From NCBI GenBank assembly GCA_047495785.1, contig JBLDXI010000009.1, forward strand, positions 2,604,001-2,668,000: a stretch of 64,000 nt of DNA. The letters run 5' to 3'. Positions 27,401 through 40,218 of the stretch are shown here, one piece after another. The DNA comes from Lepidodermella squamata (Eukaryota > Animalia > Gastrotricha). Both the position numbers and the translations under genes were made by a program. How positions within the stretch are numbered: position 1 is the stretch's first letter; the number at the start of each line of letters is the position of its first letter. A model generated the notes under the pieces. That model ran no database searches. It saw nothing but the letters and a program-made list of their open reading frames with translations, and was not told where the DNA came from.

Positions 27401-27848
27401 TTGAACAGTATTTCACCTTGTGATATTTTTTAGTCAGACAAGACAAATTGACCAAAAAGTATAGCATCATTCAGCATTCATCCAGGAGCTGACGAATGTT
27501 GTCAACACGTGTACAATACGAAAATGATGTTAATTGAATCAACAAGTAAAAGAGGTTAGAAACAAGGACAAAAGCATTTTTGGAATAATTTAATAACTTC
27601 GGTGATTTCGCTGTGGAACTCAGTACAATTAATAATTTGTCGGTTCCATCCAGGCATGTGATAGCAGGCATGTGCTCTACGTCTGTCTTAGTTGAGTCAG
27701 AAAGATGCCACAAAAAATTAACGTCAATCAGCTTGTACGCCAATTATGAGCTGAGTTTAACAAGACCGTGATCCTGTTGATAATTGCCAGTGCTCGAAAT
27801 TTTCGCCCGATTTACCTAACAAACCGAATTGCTGCGGCATTAGTTCGA

Positions 27849-29527
27849 ATGCTTGCACCGTGCGTGGTTTTGCTAAGTTTCGGCGTTTTTCACGCTTCAA
27901 GTAACGAGTTGGTTTCAAATCAGGCCAACGCCGTTGAATCGATCGACGACGAGTTCGCGCTGCCCCCTAATGACGAGGCTAGGCTAATTCACCGCTTGGT
28001 AAACAGTTACAAAGGCTACGGGCTAGCGCGTCCAGTCGCTGAAGTGGAGAAAACTCTCAATGTCTCATTACTCTTCGTCATCAACGAATTTCTGGGGATT
28101 GAAGAGCTAACTGGTATAATGCGAGTCACAGCCACGATAATCGCTATATGGCAGGATGACTTGCTGCGCTGGAACCCGGAAAACTACAACAATTTGAGAG
28201 CAGTGCCTATGAGGACGAAGGACGTCTTCTTGCCAACGATCGTGAAAGACGGGAATGGAGGCACTATGTCTTCGATTTTCATGACTGGGAGCGGGCAAAA
28301 CGATCGAGATATCAATTCAATGGTGTGGGTTCACCACGACGGGAAAGTTGAGGCAAAAGTTACTGGACTATACGTTACCGCTTGCAAGGTAAACATTCTA
28401 CCTTAACAATTAAAATTCTTAATTTTTCCGGAAAACGGTGTATTCCAACTAGATTCTATGCATGCATGAAAAGTAGCTATTTACAAGGTATATAACTAGT
28501 CTAGATAATAACCAGCAGAAAATCAGTTCATTAAAAGACGGAAGAGTAATGCCTTATGTTCTTAGCTTGATTTGTCCAACTTTCCTTTCGACGAGCAAAC
28601 ATGCGAGTTCACGTTCAAAGGCTGGAGATTCTCCGATAAACGCCTGACCCTACATCAGGCGACAAGTCAGAAGTTGAGTGAACATTTCGGAGATTCCCTG
28701 GACATCAATATGAACGCTAACGCCAACTGGATGATGTCGTCGGTGACGAGTGAAGATCGAACCATACCCGGGCAGTACGAGAACTACAGCGCTATCTGTT
28801 ACACGGTGATTGCTACACGTCGAAGCGACTACTACATGTGGAACGTACTCATGCCCAGTTTCGCTATGGCTGTTCTGTTGCTGTCAACTTTCTTCATGCC
28901 TTTCGGACCTGATCGATCAATGTTCTGCATCACCCTGGTGCTGACGATGAACATTTTCCAACAGGCGTTGAATGCCAAGCTGCCTGTTACGTCAGAGGTC
29001 ATTCCTTACGTTCGACAGACGACGGTTCAAGTTTTAATGGGGATTTTCATCACAATCGAGTCTGCGTTCGTTTGGTGGTTGGCAGCTAAGGACAAGCGAA
29101 TGGCAGTGCCTCAGTGAGTTTGAATCCGTTTAGTATAACACATTTTTATTATGAATTATTCAGCTGGCTTCGCATTTTGATCCCGAAGTTGCGAATGAAG
29201 GTTCGCAATGAGAAGGACGATGCTGAGAAACGAGTGCTAGCAACAGCTCTGAGTAAGATAGACATTGAGAAAATGAAAGCCAAGAACTTCGATGGGGAGG
29301 AAATGGGCGTTGTTCTACCCATCACGTCATCTCGCCACAGCTTGGCCAGCAGACGCGGTTTCCCTACTAATGGGCCTCTAGCGATGGATCCAGGGCTTCA
29401 AGAGGAGGAGGAGTTCACCACTTGGGGCGAATGGTTGGAAGTTGCGCAGCTGTTCGATCTCATCACGCTGATTGGAATCATTGCCAGCATGATCCTGCTG
29501 CCAATCTACTTCTACAGGTACAACTAA
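27849..29527 (+). CDS. Cys-loop ligand-gated ion channel subunit (non-alpha nAChR-like), 3 exons
   Basis: Signal peptide, DEARLIHRL..Y...RPV, WQDDLLRWNP, Cys loop CK|LDLSNFPFDEQTC, RRSDYYMWNVLMP, four TM helices; no loop C cysteines. Confidence 0.92.
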
Positions 29528-29782
29528 TAAACTTTTTCTCCAGAAATATTCAATGTTGTCGTGTTGTATCGAGTAACTGAAGATATCTTTTTGAAATCTT
29601 CTCTTAGTGGCTGGAAGTTGCGCAGCTGTTCGATCTCATCACGCTGATTGGAATCATTGCCAGCATGATCCTGCTGCCAATCTACTTCTACAGGTACAAC
29701 TAATAAACTTTTTCTCCAGAAATATTCAATGTTGTCGTGTTGTATCGAGTAACTGAAGATATCTTTTTGAAATCTTCTCTTA
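29432..29782 (+). repeat. 175-bp tandem duplication of the TM4 coding end and 3'UTR
   Basis: 29432-29606 repeated at 29608-29782 with one synonymous mismatch. Confidence 0.9.
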
Positions 29783-30740
29783 TTCTGTTATTGTTTATTC
29801 GTTTAAAAGGCACAGGTTCACCTCTGAACCGAGATGAGATGACGGCTTTTAACGGCGAATGTTGATGATTTCAGCAACATCACGGCTTGAAAAAAGAGAC
29901 TCGACTTGTTTATATAGTAGATTTCTGTGCAACTTAGATTTTTACACTCGGTGACTTGCGTCCTAAATGATATGAGGAAAATTTGTTTGCTGCGAATAAA
30001 ATGCAAAATTGCCCAGATAACAGCGCAAGTTACCTGTAAAATCAAAATAAAGTTGCCGCTAAGAGTGTTTCGCATGAAATGTTGTAAATCACCTATATAT
30101 CCTTTGTAAATTTACTTTGTTTTTAGTACCCAATGATGTGTGACAAGAGCGTTCCATCGTATTGGTTTCAACACGAACTTCAGCGTAACAATTTGATAAT
30201 ATTTGATATATTTGTCGTTGATTAGGACTTCTAATAGAAATCTGAAGCCTTAAAAGGGTAATTTCAATTAGAGTGATTTGGTAAAATCATATAAAATGAC
30301 TATGAATAATATATTGGTCGATATCACCGCTAATGGTTTATGATCATTTATCTGTAAAGACATCCAAAAATCGATCATTTCCTATTGTTTAATGGAAAAA
30401 TAAACAAGTCATGCATGCGGAGTCAAGACTTTTTTAAACATATTTTCGAGTTCATGATTGCTGTTCCGAATCACTTGCCTCTTGCCTCCTTTTACTCCAG
30501 GTTAAGCACCGGTGTTTGTTTATTGCATTTTAACCAAAATTGACCAATTTTTCGTACTTTTGGGCTTAACGAAGCGTATCGGCGGATCAGTTGAGGGTCG
30601 AGGGGAGGGACGCAGCTAGGTTCCGCTGACGAAGTTCGGACGCTTTGGTCGAATTGTCTGTAATTTCGCACCTGGGACCCTCAAAAGTGCCTGTCCATTC
30701 CAATCAGCATCAGCGCTTCCATTGCTGTACCGCAGACAGG

Positions 30741-30748
30741 TATAAATA
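30741..30748 (+). promoter_or_regulatory. Candidate TATA box
   Basis: TATAAATA 71 bp upstream of the ATG at 30812. Confidence 0.5.
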
Positions 30749-30811
30749 GGCGGCTTGTTGTATTTGAACTAGTTATAACAGTAACCAGATATCTTGCACC
30801 CACGATCTAAG

Positions 30812-32352
30812 ATGCTGAAATTTCTACTATACTCGGCATGCATTCAGATTGTTCTGTGCAATGAGTTAGCTTCGAAGATTAAAGTAACAGGTGTCGACGA
30901 ATACGACTTGCCACCGAATGATGAAGCTCGACTTATCCACCGTCTTATCGGGCGTTACAAAGGCTATGGCCTGGCCCGACCGGTTGCTGAAGTTGGGAAA
31001 ACTTTGAATGTCTCCCTACTTTTTGTTATCAATGAGTTCTTGGGGATCGAAGAGCTGAGTGGAGTAATGAAAGTCACAGCGACAATAATAGCGCAGTGGC
31101 AGGACGATTTGTTAAGGTGGAACCCGAAAGACTTCAACCAACTGACAGCGATGCCAATGCAGACGAAAGACGTGTTCCTGCCGACAATCGTAAAAGATGG
31201 AAATGGTGGAACAATCGCGTCGATTTTCATGACTGGAAATGGGCAAAACGCTCGAGATGTCAACGGAATGGTCTGGGTCGAAAATACCGGCAACGTTGAG
31301 GCGAAAGTTACTGGCAATTACGTAACGTCTTGCAAGGTAAGTTGAGCCCGAGGTTCAACATGGAAGATGAATTTCTTATTGATCCAGCTTAATCTCGCTG
31401 ATTTTCCTTTCGACGAACAAACCTGCGAGTTCACGTTCAAATCGTGGCGATTTTCTGATAAAAGAATAACTTTAAGCCAAGCCTCTTCGCAAAAATCCTC
31501 CGAAAGCATGGGAACTTCGGTAGATGTAAACATCAATGCAAACGCTAACTGGCTTATGGCTTCAATATCAAGCGAGAATCGAATCCTTCAAGGCGAATAT
31601 GAAAATTACAGCGCTATTACCTATACAGTCGTGGCAACTAGAAGAAGCGACTACTACATGTGGAACGTACTCATGCCCAGTTTCGCTATGGCTGTTCTTC
31701 TTCTGTCGACGTTCTTCATGCCTTTCGGACCTGATCGATCCATGTTCTGCATCACCTTGGTGCTCACAATGAACATTTTTCAACAAGCGCTGATGTCCAA
31801 GCTACCGGTTACTGCTGAGGTTATCCCTTACGTCAGGCAAAGTACGGTACAAGTTCTGATGGGTATTTTTGTGACAATCGAGTCCGCATTCGTATGGTGG
31901 ATCGCCGCTAATGACAAGCGTTCAGCTGTGCCTCTGTAAGGAAATATTTTCGATTCCCGGATAGGAACCCTAATAATTCTCCTAATTTCAGGTGGCTACG
32001 TATTTGTGTTCCGAAGCTTCGTCAGAAGTTGAAAGAGGAACAATTACTGGCAGATAAGGCTTTAGTAGCCAAGTCTCTACCATTAAAAGGGAAGCCCTTG
32101 CTCGAGCATAATCATGACGAGGAGATCGGCATGCCTCTCGGAAGGCGGTCCTTAACTGCATCTCGTTTATCTTTGGCTAGCCGAATCGGTGGCGGCGGTC
32201 GCCTCGAACGCTATGAACAGGAACTCACGGAAGAAGAGTTTGTTGTCTGGGGAGACTGGCTGGAAGTGGCTCAGCTATGCGATATCATAGCACTGGCGCT
32301 CACCCTAGGCGCCATGTTTATTCTCCCAATTATTTTCTACAGGTATCAATAA
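30812..32352 (+). CDS. Cys-loop ligand-gated ion channel subunit, tandem paralog of 27849-29527
   Basis: Same motifs and intron positions; Cys loop CK|LNLADFPFDEQTC. Confidence 0.92.
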
Positions 32353-32952
32353 CTGATCCGTGAAAAAGCCGCGATTATCCTTTGTCTTTCCAAGACACAG
32401 GTTTCTCTTATGAATGTCACCGTGATTTCCGATGAGGTTTGTGGGATGACAGATGACTTATACGTTATGTGGATTCTCAACCCGTGATTTGATACGAAAA
32501 CTTAGCTAACTTGTCGTACAATATCATTAGACGCAACAACTGATCACCGCTTGAGGCTTGACTGGCCGTAGATCGACTCTTCTCGCTGTCCTGTGGCATG
32601 CATGACTGAATGCTTCGTAGTTAACCTTAGAAAAACTTCCTTTTCTTTAGATTTGATTGATTGCAAATCACCGACTTGTATTTGCACCGAGCATGATATG
32701 TGACTTGGTCGCAGGTTAAAATAAACCTTGAGCGAGCAAAAACGTGTAGGTGCTAGCAATTCGTCCGACATCAAAGGATCAAAAAACTGAGATAAAGAAT
32801 AATCAATAACAGAAATAGGGAAAAGCTTTATATCAGTTGGAAACAAACGTACAAGTCTGGCAGACAATGCGCTGGTAGAGATAAAGAAAAGACGGACAGA
32901 ACATCATTCAAAAGGCGGAATTCTAGTCCTGAAATATTACTGAATTTTGAAC

Positions 32953-34612
32953 ATGCAGCTTTTAGTTCTTATTCCGATAGCTCTAACATGCCTTGTCCTC
33001 GTGTTTTACTTATACCGTCGCTTTTGGGTCCATCGCTACTTCTCCCGTCTTGGCATTCCAGGACCGAAACCACATTGGCTCTTTGGTAATCTGCTTGATA
33101 TGGCAGACGAGGAAACCCGTCACTTGGCTCTTTCCAACTGGACAAAGCGTCATGGAAGCATTTTTGGCTACTACGAAGGCCCATCGCCAGTTCTAGTCAT
33201 CAGTGACCCGGATGCGATCGGGAACGTCTTCATAAAGCAATTCGCCTCATTTCACGCCCGAAAGCTATATCACTACCAGCCTGACCCCGACGATCCTAAA
33301 GAGCCAATTTCCGTATTTTTCGCCCGGGGCGATCGCTGGAAACGATTGAGAACTATTATCAATCCAGCTTTCAGCTCGAAGAAAATGAAAGAGATGACCC
33401 CGCAAATGCAGACATATCAGAGGTATTTCATGGAGTTGCTGGAGAAAAAAGGTGGCTCTGGTCAACCAATCAACATTTTTGAGTATTTGCAATTACTGAC
33501 GATCGACACTGTTGGGGAATGTGCTTTCGGCATAGAGCTAAACAGCATTCGAAGCGAAGGGAAGGACAATCCTACCCTGAGACGAATTCAAGAAATGCTC
33601 GACCTCACCTTCAACATACCCCCTATCTTACTTGTAACAACAGTTCTAACTGAGCTGAAACCGCTTTTCTACTTATGGGTCATGCTGGGCCAGAAGCTTT
33701 TGTTCGGAGTGAAAGCTCCAACTACGTGGATCTTCAAAGCTGTCCGCAAAATCGTTCAAGCCCGAAAAGCGAATGCGCTGAAGAATCAGAATGATCTTCT
33801 TCAATTGATGCTCGATGGTGATGAAGTTGATGGGCGACAGCTGGTTAACGAAAAAACAGCAACAACACTGACCCAAGGTGGTCAGATATTGAAAGCTCTT
33901 AGTTTGGAAGAAATCGAAGCTCAGGTCTATATATTCCTCATAGCTGGCTACGAAACTACCAGTAACGCTCTAGCCTATACATGTTACGAGCTTGCGATGA
34001 ATGAGGACAAGCAGGAAACTCTTTTCAAGGAGATTGACCGAGCTTTTAGCGGGAAAACCGGCGATATGGACTACGAAGATGTCAGTGCGAAAAACTTGCC
34101 TTATCTCGACGCAGTCTGCAATGAAGTCTTGCGAATGTACCCAGTTGGTCTAATGGTCAGTAATCGAATTTGCATGGAGGAGACTACTCTGCTTGGCTAT
34201 CGGATCCCGAAAGATTTGCCGATCCAGCCAGACGTATGGGCTCTTCATCACGACCCTGAGTTGTGGGGCCCTGTTGATCCGGTCAAGTTTCACCCGGAGC
34301 GGTGGCTGGAAGGCCATGAAGATAACACTGTCGATGCTCAACGACGGGAATTGTCGTTCCTAACCTTCGGGCTCGGGCCCAGAACTTGCGTTGGTAAGCC
34401 AACTATTTCATAAGATTTTTAAAAAAAGCTGAAATTATAAATTTTTAGGTATGCGATTCGCTCTGCTTGAAATGAAATTAACCCTAGTAAACATCATGCG
34501 CAACTATCGTCTCAAGCCGTGCGAAAGGACGGAGAAGCCCCTGAAAATCAAAGTTGCCCATACAATGACACCGAAAAACGGTATTTGGGTGACGATCGAA
34601 AAGAGAAAATGA
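32953..34612 (+). CDS. Cytochrome P450, clan 3 (CYP3A-like), 2 exons
   Basis: N-terminal TM followed by PGP, WKRLR, AGYETTS, EVLR, PERW and heme motif FGLGPRTCVG|MRFA. Confidence 0.95.
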
Positions 34613-34663
34613 CACAATCGCAAAAATCTGCTTATTGGATTAAAAGTCCTTTCAAAATAAAAT

Positions 34664-36056
34664 TTATTCAAGAATGCTGTATGCGAAAGCGTTGGCAATT
34701 TGCGTCATTACGGGGTCACGTTGAGCTATCCGGGCCATGGCATCGATCGCACTAGAAGCTGCAGATTCTGTCATCTGCAGATAGCTGGTCAAAGCAGGGC
34801 GATTTGCAGCCTCGTTTTTATGCATAATGTCATAGGCAAACAGCAGCCTTCGCCTCACCCTGGATGTCTTTTCAATGATTTCAGCATTTCCTAATAGAAT
34901 TTCGGATAAAAATAAGCAGGATTTGAAGGGGAAATGATTACCATTGAAAAACAGCAGGGCAAGAAGTATCGCCGAGTCTATAAAACTCGGTCGCCAATCC
35001 ATGATGGCTTTGACCAGATCTCGGCTCTTGAAGTAGGGTTCCTAATTGAACAATATATAATACCGGCCCATAGTCTCTGCGTAACTTACCGCCATCTCAG
35101 GAAAGATGTCTTTCATTTCCTCATTCAAGCCTTCGTTGATGCTGAAGAAGAAGCAATCGGTGTTCCCAGCAAGGGCTTGGAAGATTATTCCCAGTTTTGT
35201 CCCGAAACCAATCATTAGGTGCTGCGTTTCTTCGAGACTGATACATTCCATACCTTCGAGAGTAAAGTTGATCAATATGGAACTGCGAGCGCTGTAACTT
35301 ACGACACAGCTCTTGAACGTAGTTATAGATCAAATGTAAGCTTTGCACTGACTGGTCAAACAGCATTTTGTGTGCTGTTGCCTTATCCAGACGCTGCCTG
35401 GTGTTCATCTCCATCATCGGAAGCTTCATAGTTCAGTAATATTGAAGTAATTGCCTTTCTAAATTCAAAATTCTGAACTTACGAAGTGAAAGCCATGCAA
35501 TAGAGTAAAAGCCGTGGCAGCGCTTTTCAGTGTGTTTTCAACAGCAGCACCATCATAAATCATCGGATCTTGAACTAGTGTCAATGCTGTTTCGTTTGAG
35601 GATGACTCATTTGACGGGATCCGGGTTACGCTGTCTGACGTGGTAGGTTTCGCCAAGTATTGGCCTGAAAAGAGAGTTTTCGGAAAAGAGGTTACTAGAA
35701 ACCTCAGGCAGAAATTACTGTACATTCCAGCTGCAATGCACTTATCGAAGCGGCAACTCGGGCATGACCTGCGGTTCTTCACGTCTACGTTACATTGCCT
35801 GAGGCCGTTTCGGCATTTTAGAGTTTCGTAGCTTGGGCAGCAACGGCGGAAAAATTTCTTAGATATGAAGGTTGAAGATTTACACAGTTCAGGTTTCCAC
35901 AAACATACTTGACAAGCCTCACAACATCTAGAAAAGCAGTTCCTCCGCATAACAACAGGGGCATTACAGACCTGATCATAATAGCAAAAATATCGAATTA
36001 GGAGAAGCTGAGGATATTGTTTTTAATTCATGTTAGCTTACCTTGCATTGCTTCAT
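34664..36056 (-). CDS. Divergent nuclear hormone receptor (C4 zinc fingers and LBD-like C-terminus)
   Basis: MKQCK|VC...CCEACQ|KFFRR...C..CRFDKCIAAGM DNA-binding domain; helical C-terminal exons ending at stop 34664. Confidence 0.85.
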
Positions 36057-36396
36057 CTTTCCAAAGCGTGATTTTATACAAAATTTGATACTTAGTAGCG
36101 TGCTTACTTTATTTTACGCACGTTTTTATCAATTCATGGAAGGTAAGAAAAAATTTACGTGCTCGATGCAAACCACGCTTTTTAATACAAAAAACTTGCT
36201 TCAGTTTGAATAGAATAGCTAACGACAGTGCAGGTAAATAAACAATACGAGTAGCGAATGCGAGCTTCACCTTAATATTAATCACGCTTTAATCGACCAC
36301 AAGGTCAAAATTGTGTCGTGTTTGAAGGCACGCAACAGGCCACACGAATTTCTCTTAGAAAGATTATGACCTAGACCCTAGACACTGTGCCATTTA

Positions 36397-38004
36397 TCAA
36401 GGCATGGGCATATGGAAAGCCTGTTGTCTCGGCTGCAACCCAGGCGATACCACCGGAAGTATGCTAAAAGAGATGGCCGGTGTCAAAATAATCGCACAAA
36501 TATATAGAACTAAGGTAATTCGGTCCAGAATAATTGCTAATGTATACCAAAATGAAGCGGATCCATGCATGTGAAAAGATTTCTCTTCCGAGGCCAGACT
36601 TTTAACAGTTGAAAGTTTCAAGAAGGCTTCTCTAGATTGCAGAATAAGGGCACTGATATAGTAATTCTGGGTGAAATACCACGGCATAACAAGATGCGCA
36701 TACCAAGGAATAGGCCTGTTAGATTTCGCAAATTTAACAAGGAGGAAACACAGTCCTTCACTGAGCATAACCAAAGCTACAAAAGATGTCTGTAAAACCA
36801 AGTATATCGAAAGAAGGGGCGCTTCATTGCCATTTCTCGGCATCTCCTTCCCCGCTGTGGATTGTAGAACAGCATATGCCACCAGCGCAGTTATCGAGAG
36901 AAATGGTCGCAAAGGCTCGTCAACCTTAAAACGGAATTGTAGTGCTTTTGAAGATCTTTTTAAAAAAATTACCGCCATCGAAAATGTGGCGAGCTGAGCA
37001 ACTGCAATCAATGTCGTAGGAAAGAGGATGAAAATGATATGGAACAGCGGCTTTCTTCTCAATTTATAGAAGTATTTAATCCCTGAAAAGCACGAATTAT
37101 TGTCCCCGTAGCAGTTGACGTAGTGCTCTTGGTATGTAGACAGAAGAGTCCATTGATTATTTTCTTCCATTCTGAAGAAAGTGTTTCCTGGCGTGGCTGC
37201 CACAATCCGAACCTCATCGGCATTGTAGCCTTGACATTCGAAATCAATGCTGCATAACTATGGCGAGAAACATATCAGAAGTTTGCAAACCGAGATTTGA
37301 GCTTTATACTTGTTCGTCGAAAGGATAATGGGTCATATTGAGGTTGCAGCTTGCAGTTATCGTTTTCTCAGGAAAGAAATTGACGGTGCCGTCCGATGTC
37401 AATGCAACCATTATGCCCTTCGGACTGAATAACCCGAAATGATCTTCCCTAAATCAATCATAAATGTTCGAGTCATAAATTCCTGATTTTAACTCACGCA
37501 TTTAGGACAACGATGTTGGGTTTCCATATCAACTCTGGCGGCACGATCAAACTTGGGATACTGGAATACGGTTGAGGCAGTTCACTCCAATGTAAGAGGT
37601 CATCATGCCATATCTTTGAATATTGTCATATATATGGCAATAGCAAACTAGATTGATCTTACCATTAAGGGAGTACTGGTGAAAACGATCGCATTCTCAC
37701 GATCAACCTATAATTTCCGATATGGGTTATACGAATTTTACGACTAACTACCAAACCTACTATTTCGTTAATGGAAAATACCATCAGGGACATTGATACT
37801 GTGATTGTTGAGTTATTTGTCTTCACAGGCCTCCTGTTCGGATTGTAATTCGCGAATACCATTCGGCTCAAATCGTGCTCTGAAACTATTTAAATTAAAT
37901 TGATAACGAGCGGAAATATGCTTAGGTACGCAGTTACCTTCTTGTAAGGAATTTACGGTGAAGTTCAGTAAGATGAATAACGTTGGAATCTCGAAGTATT
38001 TCAT
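36397..38004 (-). CDS. Array module A: divergent Cys-loop subunit (type 5)
   Basis: Signal peptide MKYFEIP..., RRPVK, Cys loop CNLNMTHYPFDEQ|LC, loop C CYGDNNSC, RRKPLFH, four TM. Confidence 0.88.
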
Positions 38005-38048
38005 CCTCAAAATCCTCTAAATTTAAGGCACAATTTATTAGCCGGTTC

Positions 38049-39799
38049 TCAAATGTCACCTTTCCTCCAGTCGACGACCTTACCGCCGTTCGGATCAGAT
38101 ATAGGCGCAAAATAAAAAATGACAAGAGGTGTTAGAATTAAAGCCATAAAATAGGTAGTTAGTACTAGTGTGTTCAACAAGTTAGCCAAAACAGTCCACT
38201 GAGCTGTTATCTTAGCTTTGGGACCACACACTGGGCGACCACTGGCGAACTTCGGCCGGTCAAAATGTAAACCTGATGGCGCTAGATATCCGTAATCAAA
38301 ATTTGTTGAGTAGCGGAAAGTTGTTATTTCTTCGATGTACAAAGGGCGAATTCGATGACTGCTAAGATTTGCCGAGGCGGTCCTGATGTTTTGTCTGTCT
38401 ACCGCAAACACGGAGGCCAAAGCAGTTATGAATCGGAAAATGCAGATCGGAATTTTCTTGGTACACTCTTACTTAGATTCACTTAAATATTGTTCATGTA
38501 AATCACATACCGGGGAAGCCATCGAAGCATGTCGAACACAATAAGTGACCACAGCTTCGCCAAGAAGTGCAACAGTAATGTAAAGCATTTGCAGGTCGAT
38601 AAAAATTGAGAGCAACCTTGAAACAGATGTAAAAGTTCGAAATTTCAAATGATTAGACAATTTACGGAATGTTGACAGAAGTTCTGGGTAGTGTATTACT
38701 GATCGCATCCTTAATAAAAAAGACTCTCTTGAAAGAATTATCGATTCGTAATTGACTTACCTGAAACACTGTGTAAGACAAAAGGCAAGTGAAGGAAATG
38801 TGAACTTTAACAACATTCGATATCTGAAAATCTAACAGAATAAGCGAAGCTAATAATGTAGTTATTCTACTTACGGGGCAAGCGAATGTTACGATTTCTA
38901 GGAGAGAAATAACTAGCGAAGGCGCCACAATGTTGATAACGTAATAAGCTGATTTTCTCGATAAGGAAAACCTAAATTGAACCTTTATAAAGTTCAATCA
39001 TTAACACAATTGATTATCTGGAAACTCGTTCAACTCACAGCGGGGAAGCACAACAGATTCGTATCATCGTAACAATCGTAATACGTTTCAACCGTCGTAT
39101 TAACCAAGTGCCACTGTTCGTTGTCTCGGTAATAATTCAGTCCAATTTTCCCAGGCGTAAGAGTTTCAAGAGTTGCTCCATACACCCAGCTTTCGATCAA
39201 AATCGAGCATGAAATCGAATCGAAGGGGAAGTACGTAAGATCGAGAGGGCAAAAAGATTGAACTGACGCACAGAACGAGGCGTCAACAGTTCCATCCTTC
39301 TTCAACTTGACAGCTAGGCGGCCACTCATAGTAAGCCTATACATGTCTCCACTGTTAACATGAGCAATGTCAGGCAACCTATATAGGATCATCAGCCTTA
39401 TTATTAAGGACCCGTAGCTGGATGTTTCTCAAACCATATTTCATCAGAATAGGCGACAAGTTTCTCGATTTTTTCGAAGGCGGGTACTGAGTTCCAAGCT
39501 AGGAATTCGTCTTGCCAAACCTAGAAAATTTGCTTGCATATTGAAATGACATGTAAAATTACGAGACAAACCAAATCTAAGCAACCATTCAGCTGAATGA
39601 CCTGCTGCTTTTCTAGAACATCTTCAACTGCGAAGAGATCATAGCCGACCCGGACATCGACTGGTAGCGTTGCGTTTCTCCGAGGCCTCCAGTATTTCGA
39701 ATAAGTCTCGAATATGTACCGCCCAATGTCAGCCTCAGAGACTGCATTGCCCGTTGTGGAAATGAACAGCTGGGCTACAAGTATCACAATAAAATTCAT
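38049..39799 (-). CDS. Array module B: divergent Cys-loop subunit (type 4)
   Basis: MNFIVILVAQ signal peptide, WRPRRN, CPLDLTYFPFDSISC, ESWVY, loop C CYDDTNLLC, four TM, ends DWRKGDI. Confidence 0.9.
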
Positions 39800-40218
39800 A
39801 GCTATATAGGGAAATGACAACATATTAAATGCAATAACCAGGTCATTCAAATTTTTCATGCACCAAATCATGTGACTTCTTATCCTAAAGTGAACCTTAT
39901 AAGTGTCTTTTGAAACACTAAAATAGCACTCGGGTTGATTGCTCCATAAGTGAATAATCAATAGAAGCCAGGCGATTGCGATAATTTCTGGCAAGGACGA
40001 TCAGTTCTGCTTCGATTCACAGAAAAATCGCAGAAATTTATTAAGACATGATTGATGAAGTTCATCGCAGGTAATTTTATTCTATTCCAATGTTTCGTTT
40101 GCCAACGGCAAACATCCTTGGGGAGGTGCCTTGACTTACCTGAAGATGTTTGCCGCTATAGCTAATTACTGTGTACCAAAAAAGAATGATTGAGAATTCC
40201 ACGCAATCGATATTTATT

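Noticed and set aside
20955-27743. Many short ORFs in the long intergenic region
   Set aside because: No domain motifs or consistent splice structure; several rely on non-ATG starts.
38005-38060. Possible B-to-A fusion via aaag|gtgaca spliced to A exon 2
   Set aside because: Phase-compatible, but the donor is weak, A has its own signal peptide, AATAAA follows B's stop, and the linker would be very short.
40106-40155. Small hairpin (cggcaaacatc / gatgtttgccg); a similar one at ~54657-54690
   Set aside because: Short stems with no recognisable ncRNA motif; could be chance or TE remnants.
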